A DNA stretch of 63,923 nt, filler included, from Sluysia triapertura (taxonomy: Eukaryota): the NCBI GenBank assembly GCA_046118255.1. It is 5 parts of 5 records of this genome, joined end to end, with 100 filler letters (N's around TTAATTAATTAA, not from the genome) between each part and the next. Parts side by side here need not be neighbours in the genome. Positions count along the whole stretch, not along the records: positions 53,326 to 63,923 come from JBJNIA010193770.1; 4 more parts are not named here. One strand, given 5' to 3'. The position numbers were made by a program, and so were the translations under genes. How positions within the stretch are numbered: the first letter of the stretch is position 1; every line of letters begins with the position of its first letter. The notes beneath the pieces are model-generated. The model made no database searches and had not been told where the DNA came from. It saw only the letters and a program-made list of their open reading frames with translations. This document shows positions 55,861 to 63,923 of the stretch, in pieces.

Positions 55861-58413
55861 ATCCCAAACATTCTAAAGTGTGAGAAAATGAAATAAAATG
55901 AAAAGACACAATGTAATGCGAAGGAACAACGACAGTTAAATGAAAGATGTATCGTTTGTGGTTTTTGCTTCATAGTATGATAACGAATTTCTTTAAAGTT
56001 ATTTAAAATTTATTTGAAAATTGTGTAATGGTTGTGGTTATAAGTGAAATGGAAAGTGTTAAACATAATTTATTGAAATTTATTGAAATTTTGTAAATTG
56101 AAAACAAGTTCTATGCATTAGATTTAAGTTTGAAATACTTGTTGCAAAGGTTAAAGTTGTTTTAATTTTAAATGATGATTGCGAAATAAATCTTAGTGTA
56201 TTGTAATATTGTTACTGGTAAGTGTTACTATGAATATGTATATGTGAAGTGTAATTTAATTGGTGTAGTTGGTTGGAGGTTTTGATGTAGATGGTATATG
56301 TTTCGAAAAATGTTTGTAAGAGTTGTTCGACAAAAATATTATTTTTTTAGGGTTTATGAAGGTTTCTTTTATGGTTGTAATTTGTTTGTTGAAATATTTA
56401 ATGTATGAATGTAGTGAAGTGTTTGGGATAAAATGTGGAAGCCTGTTATGCGATAGGTGGTTGAGATATTAGTTGATTTGTTGGTGTTTATGATGATGTA
56501 TTTGTAGAATAAAGGTATGGCTGTTGAGAAAATTGTATTTTAATGAAATTAGATTTATGATTGTTGTATTTAAGTTTAAGTTATTGATGTTGACCACTAC
56601 AGGAGTAGTGCGCTAGAACTTGATGAAATATTTATAGACTTGTTCAATAATAGTAGAAATAGTTTTATTAGGAACGGTAGCAGATCCAGTATATTGATTG
56701 GCTAACAATTAATTTATATAGCAATTGTTGAATTAGGAGACAATAATGTGTTAACAGAAAAATCTGAGTGGTTGCATTTAATGAAACAAGCTCTTACTGT
56801 ATAGATATTACAAGCACTGTCAATATGAAACGTTTTCTAAAAAAATAGTAATTAAAGAAAATATTTAAAATAAGAATAACCTTGGATTCAGCGATCAATC
56901 CCTTTCGTCATCAGAAAGTATTTCCTTCTAAAAGGTCGGAGAAGGTGAGTCATGACAGAATTATAATCGATGTAAAAAAAACTCTGATGCTATCAATGTG
57001 AAAATGGTACATTTATAGTATAAAATGTTTAGTGATGGTTGTTTAGACCTTTTGAAACAAATCTTGTTCAAGATGATTGAAATATATCAAATAAACTTCA
57101 AATTTCTTGATCGAGTGTATTTCGGAGTTTGAAAGTGCTAGGAATTACTAATAAGTGTCATGCGTAAATATAATTCAATTTAGATAAAAATCAAAGAAAA
57201 ATAAAATTTAGATATAATATAATAATACAAGATTTTTAAAAGGATTATATATAAAAGGATATATTATTGTAACAAAAATGGAAAAGTAATGATTTGGTAC
57301 ATACATTGTCGGTGGAATTTTGATTCCTGGTTATGGGTTATCAGTCTATCATAACTGTATTGTAAAATATGGTAAACTTAAAGCTTTTTTTGAACTTTAA
57401 TTTTTTTCTAAATTGATTTTATACGTGATTTAACTCTCAATATTATAAAAAGAAATTCAAGTATAGTTTGTTTCAGCTCCGGAAAGTAAAACAACTTACT
57501 AATTTTTTAAAATCAAAATGATGTTTTCAAAATGGCTGATATCCAGACACTAATTAACATCAATTAAAATTATCGTAAATTGCAAGAATAAAAAAATAGA
57601 ATTGTGCTTTTATAATCGCAAGATACTACTTCGCATTCAATCAGTGTTTTCAAAGTGTGTACGAAATTATTTTATTAATTTAAAATAAAATTATTATTTC
57701 TACTTTACTTACTTTATTGAGTAAGTAATTTTTATGAAATTTTTTAAAATTAAAGTTATTAGTAAGTAGATGATATTTAGTAAATAATTGTTTATTTTTT
57801 AATAATATTATGGTTTTATGATTATATTTCTTCAAACGGGGTTATGAAGCGAACCTAACAGTATAAATTCCATAAAAGTTGTGAATCTGAAATATTATTT
57901 GAAATCCATTAAGTTATTTAATCCGAATCTAAAAAAATCGCGAAAATATTAAACAGTTTCTTCCAATCTGCTGAAGGTGCGCTCCATTAGAAATTGAAAT
58001 GGCTTAATTTTTAAAAAGGGAGAAAAAATTGTGGTTTAAAACAATAATCAATTGAAGATTTTATTTAGAAATTAAAAATCGAAAACCGTTCTTCAATAGC
58101 TCATTCGGGATTCAAAAAGGTATTGGGCTACTTTTGAAATTTTTTTGTATAATGTTACTTTTATTTGCTAACCACAAAGTGTTCTGTTTTTGAGTTTTCA
58201 CTACTAGTGTAATATTTTGTGCTCTAAAATATGATACATTCAGATACTTTAACACTTCGTTTTATTAACTTTATGAAGCCCAATTTTTCATGAAAAAACA
58301 AGAAGGGATTTTCTAATATTTCATCAAAAAATTATGTTTCCGAGTTCGAACGTGTTATATTACTTAAAAAGTTAAATAATATAATTAGAATGATTTGCTT
58401 TGTTCATTTTTAG

Positions 58414-58796
58414 GTATTGATGTAATGTGGACAGGTCCTAAAGTCATTTCTAAAAGTATTTCAGAATCCAGTATTGAAGAATTGTTTCTGGTTCTTCAGC
58501 GTTATCCTGTTATCTGGGATAATCTTCATGCTAACGATTATGATCAAAAGCGTCTCTTTCTGGGTCCTTATTGTGGACGAAGTGGTAGTTTGTTAAATAA
58601 ACTTCGTGGAGTGATGACAAATCCAAACTGTGAATTTGAAGCTAATTTTATTCCTGTTTACACAATGGCACATTGGTTTAACAGTAATTTGAAATGCATT
58701 GATAAACAAGACGAATCCAATAAGGAACAAAATGAATATGATCCAAAAAAAGCACTGGATTCTGCAATTCAATCATGGATGAATCATTTGTATAAG
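58414..58796 (+). CDS. OGA: O-GlcNAcase (GH84) internal exon
   Basis: [54 protein letters not shown], bounded by a TTTTTAG acceptor and an AAG|GTTAGT donor. Confidence 0.93.
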
Positions 58797-60203
58797 GTTA
58801 GTTGTGGAAAAACACAATTTAATTAAATTTATAATACATTGAATTAATTTGAGGTATGCTTATGAACTTGTTTGTAAATCTGTTAGTACATTCGAATTTT
58901 TAGTTTTCTATGTTTAATTTGTTTATCTTAACAATTTTTTCTATAAATTTATTTATTATTTTTGTTTTTTAATTTTTAACATTTGATGAGTTAAAAACCG
59001 ACTTAGGGCCTGTGTAAAATTCAATGGGCAAGTTAATTTAATAAAAACAAAACATAATAAATTAACAAAATATCATCAGTCATACTTTTGACAACACCTG
59101 AGTAAAAAAGAGTTGTTAAAATGTTTGCTATCTTCATTATTAATAAATTATGCAAAAAATCCCATATTAATCGATATAATGGACTAATATCCGAAGTTAT
59201 TCTTTCGATTAATTTTAGGATTTTGTAACTGACTTAGGGCCAGTTTAAAAATTAATCAAATTTAAGTCAGATATTATAATTCGTTTTGCTGAGAGTTATT
59301 CAAATTATTAAGATATTTTTTCTAAATGCTGTCAATGTATTTGTAATTTAAACTGCAGTCAACTAATTCGGAGATGGGTCAATTAATTCAAATTGTGACG
59401 AGTAACAATCTGTAAATTCGTATGCTAACTTATATGATCATTTGTGTCTAAATTTCAACTGTGTAAATACTTGAGACAAATTAATTTTATTCTTTATTTA
59501 TACTAAATTCGCTATTGAAAGCCATTTTATTTATCTTTAATTTATTAAAACAAACTTTTCCGGAATTTTCTTTTTTATTTATATAATTTTAATATAGTTT
59601 TAATTATAATTTTTAAATATAATAATTTACAATTTTTAATAACTTTTATAATAAAATAAATACATAATAATAAAATGTATGTGCAATTTTCCTAATTAAA
59701 TAATAAAATAAAATGTCGAATATTAATGTTAACTAGCACTTACAAATGAAAAAGTGTTGAAGAATTTTGCGAAGTGGTCGTTTAGAATAGAAATAAACAT
59801 TATGCGACTCGAATAATAATTAAATTTTAATAATTTTGTTTTTGTTTGTTTAAAAATAAGTACATAGGTTCTCTAACGTGTTTATCTATGTATCTTTTTG
59901 CTGATGTTAGTTCTGAATTCTTCTCTGATATTAGAGATGGAAGTGTGAATGTAATAATAATAATTTCAGGTTTCAATCGAATATATTCAATAGTACCTGT
60001 AATTTTAATTTACGAAATTACCACAAATTTCAAAGCAAAAACAAAACTCAAGTTGTTAAATTATATTATATAACAGAATCAAATTTGTTACACACGTTAA
60101 ATAATTTATAAAAAGGAAGCATACGAGTAAGTAAATGATTTTTGTTTGATTTGTGTCTAATTTCTATTAATTTCACTAAAGTTGGTCGATTTTATTTTAC
60201 ATA

Positions 60204-60711
60204 CTATCTTTGTTCAAAAATGATTGTCTCATTTGACATTTGCTGCTAACTTAACAATATGTAAGATGATAATAAGTCATTTGGTTATGAACAATAGTAT
60301 CATAAAATAATTGTTCAGTTTATAATAATTTTATAAATAACTAGCAATTTCTGAAATTTGAAATATATATATATATATTGGTTGTGTACCAAAATAACCC
60401 GTTGCTATTTTCTTTTCGGTTCAAATAACTTTAAATCATAGAAATCAAATGCTCTGGAGTAAAGTGAAGAGGACAGAAATGACATCATGCAAACACTTTT
60501 GATGCGGCCTAAAAAATAGAAAGTTGCCAAAAGGAACAATTAATATACAATTTGGAAGCAATTGAAACTGCTCGAGCTGTATTACGAGATATGTAACAAT
60601 ATAATTTGTAATAAAATATATTCATAAATAAAAAAGTTGTCTAAAGCGAAATTGATGTTAATGTGTATTGTATATAAAACTAACGAGACAATCATTTTTG
60701 AACGGAGGTAG
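60204..60711. mobile_element. Tc1/mariner-type MITE with Stowaway-like terminal repeats and TA target duplication
   Basis: TA|CTATCTTTGTTCAAAAATGATTGTCTC ... GAGACAATCATTTTTGAACGGAGGTAG|TA, an imperfect ~27-bp inverted repeat. Confidence 0.75.
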
Positions 60712-61496
60712 TATTAATTTTTAAAGTTTTGCATATCGTACTTATTTTAGACTTGTGTATATATATTAACAAAAATTCCCTTTCAATATGTAATTGTATG
60801 AACACCAAAGTATGTTGAATTTTAAAATTGTATTCCAGTATAATCGATTAATAAACTATTGTAATGAAAAATGTGTTGTTTGAGACGACATGTGCATTAA
60901 AATTCAAAATTTGAAATTTGTTTCGCATTAGAAATTTTTTCTGTTTTATTATGATTAATACTGTTTTTAATACACCTCTTTTAATCTTTTATTAATTTTA
61001 TTTCTATATTTCTTATTTTGGACATTAATACAATGAAAATCACTTATGAAGTATTGTCAAAGTTTCATTTTTGTATTTATTCTATCATCATAACAGACAA
61101 CTTATTTTATTTTTATATAACTTAAATGATATTTCATGCAACATTTAGAAATCAGTAGCTATTNNNNNNNNNNNNNNNNNNNNNNNNNNNNNNNNNNNNN
61201 NNNNNNNNNNNNNNNNNNNNNNNNNNNNNNNNNNNNNNNNNNNNNNNNNNNNNNNNNNNNNNNNNNNNNNNNNNNNNNNNNNNNNNNNNNNNNNNNNNNN
61301 NNNNNNNNNNNNNNNNNNNNNNNNNNNNNNNNNNNNNNNNNNNNNNNNNNNNNNNNNNNNNNNNNNNNNNNNNNNNNNNNAATACTTTATTTATACTTGG
61401 ATTTTCAATTAAAATTAATTATAATTAATTTAGAAACTTTCGTTTTATGATACATCGAATTAAATAAATTTAATTTAATTTATTTGTATTTATTTT

Positions 61497-61967
61497 TCAT
61501 AATTTACAAAATGACCGAGAGACAAACATCGCAATACTTTTATTTATTTTGAATACAAAGATTATATTAAAATTAAAAGTTATACAGTCATTTATGATGT
61601 TAAATGAACTGTTTGCATTTGGACGCTTAATAACTTTCTCCGACTGTGGATTCCTTAAATAAAAAAAATCAAAATTATATAGTTGTTTATTATAAAAAAT
61701 GAAAATTACTTCTGATTCAAATTCGTCTATAGAACTAATAAGTTCAGTAGCACCTAAGAAATCAGCATGATTTTTGTTAAATGTCAAATTATCTTTAACT
61801 TTACCAGCTTGAATAATCTTCACTAACTTATTCAGACGTTCTAAGTGACCATTAATAATGTTTTGTTTAGCATCAATATAGTGTATTTCTTGGACGTTAT
61901 GGTAAAAATAAAAAGATTGACCAAATTTACAACAAATTTGAACGAACATTGGGCTGTTCGAAAACAT
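61497..61967 (-). CDS. Exon(s) of an unidentified gene or pseudogene
   Basis: 156-codon frame with protein-like composition and a probable short intron (GTAATT near 61709 to TTTAAG near 61654); no motif recognised. Confidence 0.35.
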   Translation of the reverse strand: MFSNSPMFVQICCKFGQSFYFYHNVQEIHYIDAKQNIINGHLERLNKLVKIIQAGKVKDNLTFNKNHADFLGATELISSIDEFESEVIFIFYNKQLYNFDFFYLRNPQSEKVIKRPNANSSFNIINDCITFNFNIIFVFKINKSIAMFVSRSFCKL

Positions 61968-63923
61968 TTATACTTGATTTGAAGAGACATTGATTGATGA
62001 TGTAATTGTTGTAAGAGTATGATTGTTTACGACTTCAATTCGTTAAAAAGATAGTAGTTGAATATAGTATGTTGAATACATGTTGAATAATCTGTAATAG
62101 TTTTACTGTCAAGCAGATCAACATTATATGAATCAGAATGAGACGGAACTATGCTCAATGTTGTATATTTATCTGGTCTTCGTTAAGGTAACTAGGAATA
62201 CTCGTAAACATTGTGAATTATGTAAAACAAATTCATGTCTTAAAAATATTAATACAGTAACATTCTTCAAACTTTATTAACTTATAATTATCACTCTTTA
62301 ATCGATCTTTAACTTTTTAGTATCAATTGGATTCGATAGACATTTACTAAAAATAATTGAGATTGTTTTATTATAAGCAAAGTTATTTCTTATTCGATAA
62401 GGTAATTCACTTACAGTATATTTTCTATTAATTTTGATAAATTCAACAATGTATTGTCGCTGATAATGTATGCTTATCTAACTTTTAATTGTTCTTATGT
62501 TGACAAGAATGAATATGAAATAAAATCTTTTTGAACTTGATTATGAATCTCTCTCAAACCACTCCAAAAATAGGCAATACATTTAATCGATATTCTAATT
62601 CAGTTTTAGGGTAACAAACTTTCACATATATATTTGAACAAGGTTTAATGTTATAATTGAAAACGAATTGACATTTTTGAAATCTGTAAGATTATTAATT
62701 TAACGTTGTTAAATGATGATGATGATGACTTTAGTTGATTATTAATAAGACGTATCAATTCAATGAACTCTTTACGTTAATCGGAATTTTTAGCTAATTG
62801 AACCAAAATTTGTCTAATAATATTATATAAATTCTTTTCTCTAAAATTTGAGTATTTTTTACTTTTTAGTGCCCCAAAAATTATTTAAACGCGACAATTT
62901 TTAACTCTTTTCCAAATAAATTTTTGTACTAGTTAAATTGTGTAAAAATTGTGAATGAGTTAAATTATTTTTATCTTTTGCTGTGTGCTATGTACAAAAT
63001 CAATAGTAATTGGACGTCCAATAAAGCGAGCAATGGCAATGTAAAAATAATAATATTGATTTGACGTCTAAGGAGATTAGATGCTTGGAAATGTATATGA
63101 TAAGAAAACACACCAATGCAAAGTATTGATTAAATGACTATCGGTAATGACAGTGGATGTGTACAAATTGAAAAACTGTCATTACTGATAGTGTAAATAG
63201 AATACGGAAGAAGGTGATAGNNNNNNNNNNNNNNNNNNNNNNNNNNNNNNNNNNNNNNNNNNNNNNNNNNNNNNNNNNNNNNNNNNNNNNNNNNNNNNNN
63301 NNNNNNNNNNNNNNNNNNNNNNNNNNNNNNNNNNNNNNNNNNNNNNNNNNNNNNNTTTCGTAAGCTGAACTTTTCTTTTCTTTCTTAACCTAATCTCATA
63401 ATATAATACAAAAGTAATAAAAATAGTTAAAATACTAATAATTGTAATAAAATAAATAAATAAAATAATATAATAAATTATATTAAATGCATAAATTAAA
63501 TGAAATCTTTCTTCTTTATGAAATCTTTATTTTCTTCGAACATATAAAATAAAAGAAATTTTATTTCAATTAAAATGTTTAGAATGGTTTTAAAGTGTGA
63601 GTTTAATGATTTTCGGATATGTTGATGATTAAGTGTGAAAGGAATGAGAACTTGAAATGTTTTGGATTCATTTTTGATACGTTTATCTTTGATAATTTAA
63701 AATGTAATGGTGATTCGAATGTTGTGTTAAAATATTCGAATTATGAGTTAAAATATTTTGAATGAAATTTAAATGTACATTAATGATTTTGAATTTAAGT
63801 ATGATTTTGATGTTATAAAGTTGTAAATTTAAAATGTTTTGAAATGTAAATGGTTTTAATGGATTTAAGAAAATTAGAATGTAAAATGTAAGAAATTATG
63901 ATGTTTCATTTGAAGTAGTAGTT

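Noticed and set aside
61136-61450. 104-aa ORF
   Set aside because: Mostly spans an N gap.

Overview
Very AT-rich eukaryotic genomic scaffold with six N gaps. It is an invertebrate animal: it has an innexin gene and GT-AG introns as short as 32-37 bp, which fits a compact genome such as an orthonectid (inference only). Host genes supported by the sequence: a two-exon innexin (-), an AF10/AF17-type PZP chromatin reader (-), one O-GlcNAcase exon (+), and a multi-exon Asn/Tyr-rich repeat protein (+). There are also decayed PIG-W-like and ionotropic glutamate receptor-like sequences and several hAT and Tc1/mariner MITE ends. The most notable element is a decayed Ty3/Gypsy retroelement at about 11.8-17.2 kb (-). 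Its order is gag(CCHC), unknown ORF, Bcl-2-like ORF, chuvirus/gB-type envelope glycoprotein, RNase H, integrase, then a DTG protease-like ORF. A second, diverged copy of the envelope gene lies at about 54.5-55.9 kb (+). All homology calls come from manual translation and motif recognition; no searches were run.
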